DNA of 64,000 nt from the NCBI GenBank assembly GCA_963836075.1, contig CAWIIB010000001.1, positions 384,001 through 448,000 of the forward strand. The letters run 5' to 3'. The notes under the pieces were generated by a model, which saw nothing but the letters and a program-made list of their open reading frames with translations, made no database searches and had not been told where the DNA came from. Position numbers and translations under genes: made by a program. Below are positions 9,798 to 18,789 of the stretch, piece by piece (the first letter of the stretch is position 1; every line of letters begins with the position of its first letter). Source of the stretch: an uncultured Acidobacteriota bacterium. GTDB lineage: Bacteria; Acidobacteriota; JAQAZP01.

Positions 9798-11024
9798 ATG
9801 AACGAATCCGTGGCCGGCCGCCGATCGGTCCTGATCCACTACAGTGAAATCGGTCTCAAGGGTGGGAACCGGAAATTCTTCGAAAGGGTTTTCCGGGAAA
9901 ACCTGTTGCGCACCCTCGCCGGAACCGGCCATGGCGGGCTGGAGTGGCGCCGCGGCCGATTCGTGCTGCAGCTGCAGGGCGAATCCCTGGAGCAGGAGAT
10001 CCTGAGCCGCCTGGCGCGGGTCCCCGGCGTGGCCTATTACGCCCTGGCGGTCCACGTGGAACTTGATCAGGACCTGGCTGCGGTGACCCGGGCCGCAGTC
10101 CAGCTCTGCGTCGGCGACGACGTGCGCTCCTTCCGCATCGCCACCCGGCGGTCGGTGAAAAGCTTTCCGCGGACCTCCGCCGAGGTGAACGCCCTGGTTG
10201 GATCGGCGGTGGTGGCGGCCACCGGCTGGACGGTGAACCTGGGCGGGCCGGACCTGACCTGCCACGTCGAGCTGTTCGACCGCTGGGCGCTGCTCTACAC
10301 CAGCCGGCAGGAAGGCGTCCGCGGGCTGCCTGTGGGAACCAGCGGCAAGGCGGTGGCGCTGATCAGCGCCGGCATCGATTCTCCGGTGGCGGCCTACCGC
10401 ATGATCTGCCGCGGCTGCCGTGTCTTTTTCGTCCACTTTCACAGCATGCCCTACACCGGCCAGGAAAGCGTGGAACAGGCGGCCGGGCTGGTGCGCTGTC
10501 TCACCGACCTGCAGAACGGCGCCCGGCTGCACCTGGTCCCCTTTGCCGAGGTCCAGCAGCTGATCATCGCCTCCACCCCACCGGACCTCCGGGTCATTCT
10601 CTACCGCCGATCCATGCTGCGCATCGCTGAACGGGTGGCCCGGCACCACCGGGCCAAATGCCTGGTCACCGGCGAAAGCCTGGGCCAGGTGGCGTCCCAG
10701 ACGCTGGAAAACATCGCGGCCATCCAGGATGCCGTGCAACTGCCCATTCTTCGACCGCTGATCGGCCACGACAAGGAATCGATCATTCGCGAGGCGCGGG
10801 AGATCGGCACCTACGACCTCTCGGTGGAGCCCCACGACGACTGCTGCAGCTACCTGCTGCCCAAACGGGTGGAAACCAGGGCCGATGCGGAACGCGTGCG
10901 GGAGGCCGAAACGACGATCACCGATCAACTGCAGGAACAGGAGCGGGGAGCCCTGAAATCCGAGCAGCGGCGCACCATCGCACCGTCGTGGATCAGGACC
11001 GCAGACGAAACCGTGTCGTCTTGA
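9798..11024 (+). CDS. thiI: tRNA 4-thiouridine(8) synthase ThiI (THUMP + PP-loop, no rhodanese domain)
   Basis: HYSEIGLKGGNR, GLPVGTSGK, LISAGIDSPVA, TGESLGQVASQT, DCC. Confidence 0.92.
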   Translation: MNESVAGRRSVLIHYSEIGLKGGNRKFFERVFRENLLRTLAGTGHGGLEWRRGRFVLQLQGESLEQEILSRLARVPGVAYYALAVHVELDQDLAAVTRAAVQLCVGDDVRSFRIATRRSVKSFPRTSAEVNALVGSAVVAATGWTVNLGGPDLTCHVELFDRWALLYTSRQEGVRGLPVGTSGKAVALISAGIDSPVAAYRMICRGCRVFFVHFHSMPYTGQESVEQAAGLVRCLTDLQNGARLHLVPFAEVQQLIIASTPPDLRVILYRRSMLRIAERVARHHRAKCLVTGESLGQVASQTLENIAAIQDAVQLPILRPLIGHDKESIIREAREIGTYDLSVEPHDDCCSYLLPKRVETRADAERVREAETTITDQLQEQERGALKSEQRRTIAPSWIRTADETVSS

Positions 11025-11050
11025 CGAACCCGCGGGCTGAGGGCTATAGT
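11021..11050 (+). promoter_or_regulatory. Putative sigma70 promoter of fabH
   Basis: TTGACG-18 nt-TATAGT upstream of 11185. Confidence 0.55.
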
Positions 11051-11184
11051 GTTGCCGTTTCGGATTTGTTGAGGCTGAATTCCGTTATCTCGCGAATAAA
11101 ACATGGTTTATCTTTCGTGACAATTTCCGGGCCTCGACCCGCGAACAGAACGAATCAGCGCTTTCCCTGGAGGTCTCCAGCGTT

Positions 11185-12399
11185 ATGAAGGGCGTAAAAA
11201 TAACTGGTCTTGGCGTGTCCCTCCCCACCAGGGTTGTGGACAACAACGAGCTTGCCCTGGACCTGGAACGCCGCGGCAGGGAGATCAGGAGCGAGCACGA
11301 GCGCAAGAAACGGGCCTGGTCCGAAGCACTTGCCCTTCTGGACGGAGAAGCCGCGGAGCTGGCTCGGGAACAGCTGCAGCGTTCGGAAAAGGTGCTGCGG
11401 CAGTTCGAGAAGAATGCCGCGCAGTTCGAAACCTCGGACAAGTGGATTCTCAAGCGCACCGGTATTCGCAACCGTCATGTGGCCGCTGAAGGCCAAAACC
11501 TCTCCGACCTGGCCGTGGAGGCCTCGCACAACGCCCTGAAGATGGCCGGACACAGTCCCCAGGACATCGATTTCATCGTCCTGGGAACGGTCAGTTCCGA
11601 GAACTGGACCTCGCCGCCAACCGCCTCCCGGATCCAGGAGAAACTGGGGATCGAGGTCCACCGTGACCCGGGGCTGAAACAGGTGATGGTCTTCGACGTG
11701 GAAGCGGCCTGCTCGACCTTTCCCACCATACTGTGCCTCGGCTACAGCCTGGTGAGCAGCGGGGTGGCCGGCAGGGGGCTGGTGATCGGGGCCGACATCA
11801 TGACCCGGACCATGGACAGGAACAGCCGCAACACCTGCATCCTCTTTGGCGATGCCGCCTGCTGCATGGTGCTGGAGGCCTGCCCCCCGGATCAGGGCGA
11901 CTTCCTCGGGTCCGAAGGATTTTTCTTTGGCTCGGACGGCGCGCACGCGGACAAGATCGTTGTCCCGGCGGGGGGCTCTGCGGAGGATGTGACGGAAGAA
12001 ATCATCTGGAACCCGTTTGAACCGCGGAACAAGGTATTGATGAACGGCAGGGCGGTCTATGAGGATATCGTGCCCCTGGTGGCTAACCGGGTGATTCCCG
12101 AGACCGTGGCCAAGGCCGGCTTCTCCAGCAGCGACATCGACTTCATCGTGCTGCACCAGGCGAACATGAAGATGAACCAGGCGATCGAGAAAAGGCTGCA
12201 AAAGGCGGGATACCAGTCGATCATCTACCACGACATCGCCGACTATGCCAACACCACGTCGGCCACCCAGGGCCTGGCTCTCTACGACGCTCACCGGGAA
12301 GGGGTGCTCAAACCGGGGATGCTGGTCCTCGATTGCGCCTTTGGCGGGGGCTACACCTGGGGCTCGGCCCTTTTCCGCTGGCCTGACCTGCCCCGCTGA
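11185..12399 (+). CDS. fabH: Beta-ketoacyl-ACP synthase III (FabH family) with a large N-terminal insertion
   Basis: TSDKWILKRTGI, catalytic AACS, HQAN, ANT, LFGDAA, GGGYTWG. Confidence 0.85.
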   Translation: MKGVKITGLGVSLPTRVVDNNELALDLERRGREIRSEHERKKRAWSEALALLDGEAAELAREQLQRSEKVLRQFEKNAAQFETSDKWILKRTGIRNRHVAAEGQNLSDLAVEASHNALKMAGHSPQDIDFIVLGTVSSENWTSPPTASRIQEKLGIEVHRDPGLKQVMVFDVEAACSTFPTILCLGYSLVSSGVAGRGLVIGADIMTRTMDRNSRNTCILFGDAACCMVLEACPPDQGDFLGSEGFFFGSDGAHADKIVVPAGGSAEDVTEEIIWNPFEPRNKVLMNGRAVYEDIVPLVANRVIPETVAKAGFSSSDIDFIVLHQANMKMNQAIEKRLQKAGYQSIIYHDIADYANTTSATQGLALYDAHREGVLKPGMLVLDCAFGGGYTWGSALFRWPDLPR

Positions 12400-12413
12400 C
12401 GGCTGGCGGGCCC

Positions 12414-13175
12414 CTACTCTTCCTCTTCCACTGCCGGCTCTTCGGTATCCTCTGCTTTCACACTGAAGAAGACCAGGGTGGTGTCTCCGTAGCGTCTGGT
12501 ATCGGTCACCCTGAAGGGGTGCGGCAGGTCGCCGGGATCAAAATCGATACGTCGGGTGGGTCGCTCCATGATCACCAGCAGGTCGGGGTTTTTCTTGTGC
12601 CAGCGGGCCCGGGCCACGCCCTTGACCAGGTCGAGGTGGTTCTCGATGGCATAGGGCGGGTCGAGATAGATGATGTCCGGGGGCTCCATCTTGGACGTTT
12701 TGGCCTGGTCGCAAAAGTCGACGAACGGACCGGTCCAGATATCGAACTGGCTGGCAAAACCGCAGCCGGTGACGTTGGAGCGGATCACCAGTTCCACCTT
12801 GCGCGACGACTCGACGAACAGGATCCGTTTGGCCCCGCGGCTCAACGCCTCGATACCCATGGCCCCGGTGCCGGCAAATATATCGTAGAACATGGCCCCT
12901 TCGATCTGCGGACCGATGATGTCGAAGACAGCTTCCCGGACCTTCTCCGACGTGGGCCGCACCCCGAGACCCACCGGGGTCCTGATCATCCGGCCCCGTT
13001 TTTCACCGCCACAGATCTTTAACAGGTTCTGGTTTCCGCCGGACTGCGGCTGCTGGCCCCGCTGCGGATTCCCGGGCTTGTTTCCCCGTTGCCCGTTACC
13101 CGCGGCGTGGCTTTTTCCCCGATCCGGGCGCGTTGAGCGCCGCCGGCTTCTGCCGTCGTTCCTTCTGTTGTTCAT
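12414..13175 (-). CDS. rsmD: 16S rRNA m2G966 methyltransferase RsmD with a low-complexity N-terminal extension
   Basis: RPTSEKVREAVF, DIFAGTGAMGIEALSRGA, YLDPPY, RRYGDT; ATG 13175 after GGAGG; directly downstream of recG. Confidence 0.9.
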   Translation of the reverse strand: MNNRRNDGRSRRRSTRPDRGKSHAAGNGQRGNKPGNPQRGQQPQSGGNQNLLKICGGEKRGRMIRTPVGLGVRPTSEKVREAVFDIIGPQIEGAMFYDIFAGTGAMGIEALSRGAKRILFVESSRKVELVIRSNVTGCGFASQFDIWTGPFVDFCDQAKTSKMEPPDIIYLDPPYAIENHLDLVKGVARARWHKKNPDLLVIMERPTRRIDFDPGDLPHPFRVTDTRRYGDTTLVFFSVKAEDTEEPAVEEEE

Positions 13176-13229
13176 CGTCCTCCAGCCTTTACCCGTCACC
13201 AGGATGGCTTGTGGTTGGATACCCGCTGA

Positions 13230-15317
13230 TCAGTCTGCTTCAAGTCCTGACTGCCGGAAGGCCGCGGCCCGGGCCATGGCCAGCAGCCGCCCCTCGTCCA
13301 CCGCCCGGGTTGCGCGGAATCCCGGGGCGCCGGCCTGGCGCTGCCCGGTCAACTCTCCGCCGCCGCGGAGCCGGAAATCTTCATCGGCAATGTGAAAACC
13401 GTCATCTGACGAGACGAGAACGGCCAGCCTGCCGGCGGCCTCACTCTTCGTATCGTCCATCGAGCGCAGGAGGATGAACTGTCCCGGCCATTTTCCGCGG
13501 CCGATCCTTCCCCGCAGCTGGTGCAGTTGTGAGAGGCCGAAGCGCTCCGGTTCGAGGACAATCATCACCGTGGCCCGGGGTACATCCAGCCCCACTTCCA
13601 CCACGGTGGTGGTCACCAGCACCCCGATGTCACCCCGCTGGAATCCGTCCATCACCTCCCGTGCTGCGTCCAGCGTCAAGCCGCCATGGAGCAACCCGGC
13701 GGAATAGCGGGCCAGACGCCCTGAGCGAAAGTTGCGATACACGGTTTCGGCGGCGCGTTTCTCCTGCCCCCCGCGGCCCTGAACCTTGGGGCAGACCACG
13801 AAGCCCTGGCGCCCGGCGATGAGTTCTTTCTCCAGCAGGTCCAAGGCCAGTGCGGCCTGGTCTCTCCGGAGACAACGTGTACTGACATCCCGCCGGCCCA
13901 GGGGTAGATCGCTGATCCGGGACAATTCCATGTCCCCGCAAAGGCGCAATCCCATGGTTCGCGGAATAGGCGTGGCCGAAATAACCAGCAGGTCGGGATT
14001 GGAGCCCTTGGATCGGAGCTGTTCCCGCTGTCCGACACCAAAACGCTGCTGTTCGTCCACCACGGCCAGGGAGAGATCGCGGAACACCAGTGCTGAAGAG
14101 AGCAGCGCGTGGGTCCCGATGGCGATCAGCGGCCCGTCGCCGGACAGCCGGGTTTTCAACTCCCGTCGCTCTCCGGCGGCACTGCCGCCAGTGACCAAGA
14201 TAATCCGTTCGGCCAGCCGGCGCAAGGGCTGATTCGCCCCCGCCGTCACCAGCAGCTTCTCCAGGCGGTGGAAATGCTGCCAGGCCAGGGCTTCGGTGGG
14301 AGCCATCAGTGCTGCCTGCCGGCCACTCAGGGAAGCGTGAAAAAGTGCGGCGTAGGCCACCACGGTCTTTCCGCAGCCCACTTCCCCCTGCAGCAGACGG
14401 CGCATGGGGTGCGGACGGCCCATGTCGACGACGATGTCATCGATGGCCGTCCGCTGTTCACCGGTGAGCCGGAAGCCGGTGAGTGCTTCCACCGCCTCCC
14501 GCAGGCCGGCGCTGTCCCCCAGTGGATGACTCCCCCGGGCCATCCGTTTTTTCCGGATGGCCAGACGACGGCGTTTCTTCTCGGCCAGCTGGCGCTGCTG
14601 GAGGTAGAGTTCCTCAAAAGCCAGCCCACGGTGCCAGATGGAACATCCGCTGTGCAGCCGGTCCGGATCCGCCCCCACCGGGGGGCAGTGAACACACCGC
14701 AACAGTTCGTCCCGGGTGGGAAAGCCGTGACTGCGGAGAGCCGGGGCCGCGGCCGTATCCTCGGCCCGGAACCCGGTCCCGTGATACAGCTGGTACAGGG
14801 CGGACCTGATGACCCGTGAACCGATGCCGCCCACCCGGCGGTACACCGGAACAAATCGTCCGAGGTGCGGTCCGGCGGACAGGCTGTGGCCCGGTTCACG
14901 GTCCTCTTCCAGTTCGGGGTTGTCGATCAACAGTCCACCCGAATCCGGGATGACTTGGCCAAAACAGTAGTACCATTTCTGCGGTTCAATGGTCCTGGCA
15001 CGGAACCGCTGGTTGAGCCAGCGCAGGGAGACCCCGCTGCCCTGCTCGTCCTCGGCGATGGCCAGCAGCCGGTGCAGCCGGCCTCCGTGTCCGGTGCGCC
15101 CCTGGCGAACGGATGTCACCCGGACCCGGAACAGGCGCTTGCCGCCACCGGCGGCGATGGGTGCCGCCGCCCGCTTGTCCTCGTAGCGCAGGGGCAGGTG
15201 GAAGAGGAGATCCTCCACACTGCCCAGCCCCGCCTCCAGCAGCGCCGCGGCCCGTTTCGGGCCCACCCCCGGAAGGCAGTCCAGCGGACTGTCCGCTCTT
15301 GTTTCCCCCCTGATCAC
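13230..15317 (-). CDS. recG: ATP-dependent DNA helicase RecG
   Basis: LPGVGPKRA, PMRRLLQGEVGCGKT, VDEQQRFGV, SATPIPRT, ERFGLSQLHQLRGRIGRG; start placed at GTG 15317 (uncertain). Confidence 0.9.
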   Translation of the reverse strand: MIRGETRADSPLDCLPGVGPKRAAALLEAGLGSVEDLLFHLPLRYEDKRAAAPIAAGGGKRLFRVRVTSVRQGRTGHGGRLHRLLAIAEDEQGSGVSLRWLNQRFRARTIEPQKWYYCFGQVIPDSGGLLIDNPELEEDREPGHSLSAGPHLGRFVPVYRRVGGIGSRVIRSALYQLYHGTGFRAEDTAAAPALRSHGFPTRDELLRCVHCPPVGADPDRLHSGCSIWHRGLAFEELYLQQRQLAEKKRRRLAIRKKRMARGSHPLGDSAGLREAVEALTGFRLTGEQRTAIDDIVVDMGRPHPMRRLLQGEVGCGKTVVAYAALFHASLSGRQAALMAPTEALAWQHFHRLEKLLVTAGANQPLRRLAERIILVTGGSAAGERRELKTRLSGDGPLIAIGTHALLSSALVFRDLSLAVVDEQQRFGVGQREQLRSKGSNPDLLVISATPIPRTMGLRLCGDMELSRISDLPLGRRDVSTRCLRRDQAALALDLLEKELIAGRQGFVVCPKVQGRGGQEKRAAETVYRNFRSGRLARYSAGLLHGGLTLDAAREVMDGFQRGDIGVLVTTTVVEVGLDVPRATVMIVLEPERFGLSQLHQLRGRIGRGKWPGQFILLRSMDDTKSEAAGRLAVLVSSDDGFHIADEDFRLRGGGELTGQRQAGAPGFRATRAVDEGRLLAMARAAAFRQSGLEAD

Positions 15318-15359
15318 TGTGCTACTTTTTCCTTTCGCTGTCACCGGAAAGGCGCTGCC

Positions 15360-15791
15360 ATGGACAATCGGGGAAAACGTTTGCTGCTGGTCACCGCTCT
15401 GGCGTATTTCTGTCTGCTCGCCGGCCCCATGGCCGGTGCCCAAACGGCTTCCTCTGCGGACCCCCGGTTGGGGATTGCCGTCTTTCCCGGGGCCGAACTG
15501 CTCACCCTGCATGGCCCGGTTCCGGAACTGGTTGATCTCCAGAGGCCCGGTTGGGAGTTCGTGGTTGCCGAGGTCACCGTGGCCGACTTCCTGGTTGACC
15601 GCCCGATAACCGAACTACGCCGCTTCTACAGCGCAATCTGCACCCGCGACCGGACACTGCTGCTGGTCAAAAAGGAAAGCCCGGACGACGAAATCGTCGC
15701 GGTGCGCCACGCCGGCCGACACCCGCTGCACCCCCGGAAACGATGGCTGCGCATCACCACCTACCGCCGTCAACCCGGCGGCTCACCGTGA
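15360..15791 (+). CDS. Hypothetical secreted protein
   Basis: Signal-peptide-like N-terminus MDNRGKRLLLVTALAYFCLLAGPMAGA, then LGIAVFPGA; fills the gap between recG and the VWA gene. Confidence 0.6.
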   Translation: MDNRGKRLLLVTALAYFCLLAGPMAGAQTASSADPRLGIAVFPGAELLTLHGPVPELVDLQRPGWEFVVAEVTVADFLVDRPITELRRFYSAICTRDRTLLLVKKESPDDEIVAVRHAGRHPLHPRKRWLRITTYRRQPGGSP

Positions 15792-16988
15792 GGGTGAATA
15801 GCCCTTCTTGTGCCTGACGATGAGCTCGCGGTCCGGCACCTCCACCCTGATCGACCGCCAGGGCGTTTGTTCAGCTGTCCGCTCCGCTGCCGCGGGACGA
15901 TAGCAGAGGGTGTACTGGCTGCCCAGTTCCTCGAAGATGCTGCTGTAGGCACCGGCCAGATCGCGGATCGCCTCCAGATAAAAATACGCTCCGCCGGAGG
16001 TGTCGGCAATCCTCTCCAGCATGGCGCCGTCCACGTCCCGGCCCAGCCCGATGGTGTAGACGGTGATGTTGGCCCGCGACGCCGCGGAGATGGCCCGTTC
16101 CAGGCGACGCCGGGCTTCGGCCGGGCGGCGGTATTTCTCGTCCTGCCCGTCGGTGAAGAGGATGATCACCCTCTTGCCCCCGCTCTCGCGGAAGGCTCGT
16201 GCCGCACCGTAGAGCGCGTCGAACATGGCGGTGCCGCCGCCGGGGCCGAGCCCCTTCAGCGCCGCCTCAAGCAGTTGCTTGTCGCGGGTGAACTCGCAGT
16301 GGCGGACCAGGTCGTGGTCAAAAGTCATCACCGTGGCCACGTCCTCGACGGACAGCCGCTCGATGAGGCCCCAGGCCGCCTTGCGAATGTCGCGCACCTT
16401 GCCCCTCATGCTCTTGCTGGTATCGATGAGCAGCGCCACGCGCAGCGGAACCATTTCGTTGCTGAAGCAGGTCAGCTCCTGACGCACGCCGTCCTCGTAG
16501 ACCCGGAAGGCGTCAAGGTCCAGCCCGGTTTCGAAGTAGCCTTCGGGATGCAGGACCGTCACCGGCACAACCACCAGTGAAACCCTGTCACTGTAGGAGA
16601 CGGCCAGCCCCAGGGTGCGGAATTCCCCCGACCAGACCTGGCCGGTGTCGTTGGAAAAGGCGGTGGCCCTGATGCGGTGCGGGAGGACGTCGGGACCCAG
16701 ATCGATGGTCACCTGGTAGGGCGGAACATTGGTCCGGTGGACCAGCCGCCCGTCCAGATACCAGCTGACGCACGATATTCCTCGCACATCAAAATCCCCC
16801 AGCTGGAGGCTGAACGGGTTCCGTCCGCTGAGGTAGGGGTTTTCCGGCCCGAGGATCCTCAACGCCGGAGGGTCCGCATCCTGCTGCCCGGTGGCCGCAA
16901 CGGCGCAGGCCAGCAGCAAAAGCATACCGACCCCGAGGAACAGGTTCCTCTTCCACCAGTGCCGGTCAGCTTTGCGGCCCTTGTCCAT
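15783..16988 (-). CDS. Secreted Ig-like + VWA-domain protein (acidobacterial VWFA-like)
   Basis: Signal peptide; FRVYEDGVRQEL, MIDAS DTSKSM, GGTAMFDA, ILFTDGQD, ELGSQYTLCY. Confidence 0.85.
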   Translation of the reverse strand: MDKGRKADRHWWKRNLFLGVGMLLLLACAVAATGQQDADPPALRILGPENPYLSGRNPFSLQLGDFDVRGISCVSWYLDGRLVHRTNVPPYQVTIDLGPDVLPHRIRATAFSNDTGQVWSGEFRTLGLAVSYSDRVSLVVVPVTVLHPEGYFETGLDLDAFRVYEDGVRQELTCFSNEMVPLRVALLIDTSKSMRGKVRDIRKAAWGLIERLSVEDVATVMTFDHDLVRHCEFTRDKQLLEAALKGLGPGGGTAMFDALYGAARAFRESGGKRVIILFTDGQDEKYRRPAEARRRLERAISAASRANITVYTIGLGRDVDGAMLERIADTSGGAYFYLEAIRDLAGAYSSIFEELGSQYTLCYRPAAAERTAEQTPWRSIRVEVPDRELIVRHKKGYSPSR

Positions 16989-17643
16989 GAATCACCAGCC
17001 TGTTTTCTTCCATCACCGCATCGGCGATACCGGCGGGCAGGTCGAACTGCTGGACCAGAACAGAGTCCCGGCCGCCGGCCGTGCCGGCCACCCGCTGCAC
17101 CATCTCCAGCGGCAGCGTCAGCCCCAGCAGGGTCACCTCTTCAATGGTGAAGCGACCCAGGCCCTGGCGGGTCTCCAACCGTCCCCGGAAGCTGAACGGG
17201 ATATCCTGTCCCGTCAGACCTCTGAGCGATGCCGGCTGTTCCATCCCCATTTCCTGGAGATAGCTCTGAAGGTCCACCACTCCCTCCACCACGGCCCTGC
17301 CGTCCAGCAGGTTGATGCGCCAGGCCCGCACGCTGCGGGGAACCCGGGAGCCATATCGACCGTCGATGAACCGGCTCAATCCCGGCCCGTCCAAAGAATA
17401 TTCTCCCCGTGCCCCGCCGGCCAGGTAGCGTTCAAAACCTGCAGCGGCCCTGCGGGCTTCCAGGGCAGTGGCGCCCTGATCGACGGTGATGCTGTTCTGC
17501 AGGCGCCGGGCCCGTGCCGCCACCACCAGGTTCAGCACAACCAGCACCGTCACCACCAGGCCGGCGGCCACCAGCAGGGCCACCAGGAAACGCCGGGTGC
17601 GGCTGCGGCCGGGACGGCCTTTCTCTGTGCGGATAGCGGTCAC
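16966..17643 (-). CDS. Hypothetical membrane-anchored protein
   Basis: Basic N-terminus, single TM helix (FLVALLVAAGLVVTVLVVL), beta-rich body; GTG 17643 after GGAGG; overlaps the VWA gene start. Confidence 0.65.
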   Translation of the reverse strand: MTAIRTEKGRPGRSRTRRFLVALLVAAGLVVTVLVVLNLVVAARARRLQNSITVDQGATALEARRAAAGFERYLAGGARGEYSLDGPGLSRFIDGRYGSRVPRSVRAWRINLLDGRAVVEGVVDLQSYLQEMGMEQPASLRGLTGQDIPFSFRGRLETRQGLGRFTIEEVTLLGLTLPLEMVQRVAGTAGGRDSVLVQQFDLPAGIADAVMEENRLVIHGQGPQS

Positions 17644-17763
17644 CTTGCCTCCCGCCGGCTCAGTGCGTCTCCAGTAAAAGCATACCACGGGGGCGCAGCC
17701 CCGGAGCGGGCAGGGGCCTGCCGTCTCCCGGGGCCGGGGTGGGGATCGTCAGCACCGCGCGCT

Positions 17764-18180
17764 TCAGACGATCTCCAGGGAATTGAAGAAGTAGCCGATT
17801 TCGAAACGGGCCGTTTCCGGGGCGTCGGAGCCGTGGGTGGCGTTGTGCTCGATGTTGACGCCGAAGTCCCGGCGGATGGTCCCTTCGTCGGCCTTGGCCG
17901 GGTCGGTGGCTCCCATCACCGTGCGCCAGCGGGCGATGGCGCCCTCCCCTTCCAGCACCATGACCACCACCGGGCCGGAGGTCATATACGACACCAGGCT
18001 GTCGAAGAAGGGTCTCTCGGCGTGCACCTGGTAGAACCCGGCGGCGGCATTCCTGTCCAGTGCGATCATCCTCATGGCCACGGGTTTAAGACCGGCGTCT
18101 TCCAGCCGGTGGATGATCTGGCCGATCAGGTTTCGTTCCACAGCATCGGGCTTGATGATAGCAAGCGTTCTTTCCAGCAC
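17764..18180 (-). CDS. ndk: Nucleoside diphosphate kinase
   Basis: [32 protein letters not shown]; GTG 18180 after GGAGGAGG. Confidence 0.96.
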   Translation of the reverse strand: MLERTLAIIKPDAVERNLIGQIIHRLEDAGLKPVAMRMIALDRNAAAGFYQVHAERPFFDSLVSYMTSGPVVVMVLEGEGAIARWRTVMGATDPAKADEGTIRRDFGVNIEHNATHGSDAPETARFEIGYFFNSLEIV

Positions 18181-18304
18181 CGCAACCTCCTCCAGGTCTT
18201 CGACCCCGGCCGGACGCCGCGGAACGGGCACCGGCCATTGATGTGAGACAAAAAACGTGTATAGCACAGCCCCGGCGGCAGAGTCAAAAATATTACGGCC
18301 CGTC

Positions 18305-18335
18305 AAAAAAAATCCCCCGGATGGTTCCGGGGGAT
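18305..18335 (-). terminator. Intrinsic terminator after trxA
   Basis: ATCCCCCGGA-loop-TCCGGGGGAT inverted repeat with an A-tract on the + strand (U-tract on -). Confidence 0.75.
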
Positions 18336-18377
18336 CTCTGTACCGGGTATGCCGGACGGCACCCCGAGCACCAGCGG

Positions 18378-18701
18378 TCAGAGCATGGCGTCGACTTTTT
18401 CCACGATGGACTTTTTCGGAACGGCGCCCACCAGGCGGTCCGCCACCTCCCCGCCCTTGAAGAAGAGCAGGGTGGGAATGCTGCGCACGGCGTAGTTGGC
18501 CGCCGACCCCTGGTTGTTGTCCACGTCGAGCTTGCCCACCTTGACCCGGCCTTCGTATTCGCCGGCCAGCTCTTCAATGATCGGGGCGATCATCCGGCAG
18601 GGCCCGCACCATGCGGCGGTGCAGTCCACCACCACGGGAATATCGGAGGAAATTACCTCATCCTGGAAGTTTCCGTCAGTAAATTCGATGGCCTTTCCCA
18701 T
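18378..18701 (-). CDS. trxA: Thioredoxin
   Basis: WCGPC active site, [13 protein letters not shown]; 107 aa from ATG 18701. Confidence 0.93.
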   Translation of the reverse strand: MGKAIEFTDGNFQDEVISSDIPVVVDCTAAWCGPCRMIAPIIEELAGEYEGRVKVGKLDVDNNQGSAANYAVRSIPTLLFFKGGEVADRLVGAVPKKSIVEKVDAML

Positions 18702-18789
18702 CTGCTTCTCCTTTCGGCGCATGTTACAAACCGGCTTGCAGAGCGCAAATCCTAGCATAGCCCCCGAGGCGGTTCAAGACCGCAGACGT

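Noticed and set aside
11080-11125. Imperfect palindrome/direct repeat (TTATCTCGCGAATAA, TTATCTTTCGTGACAA) in the fabH leader
   Set aside because: Could be an operator, but it matches no regulator I can name and is too degenerate to call.
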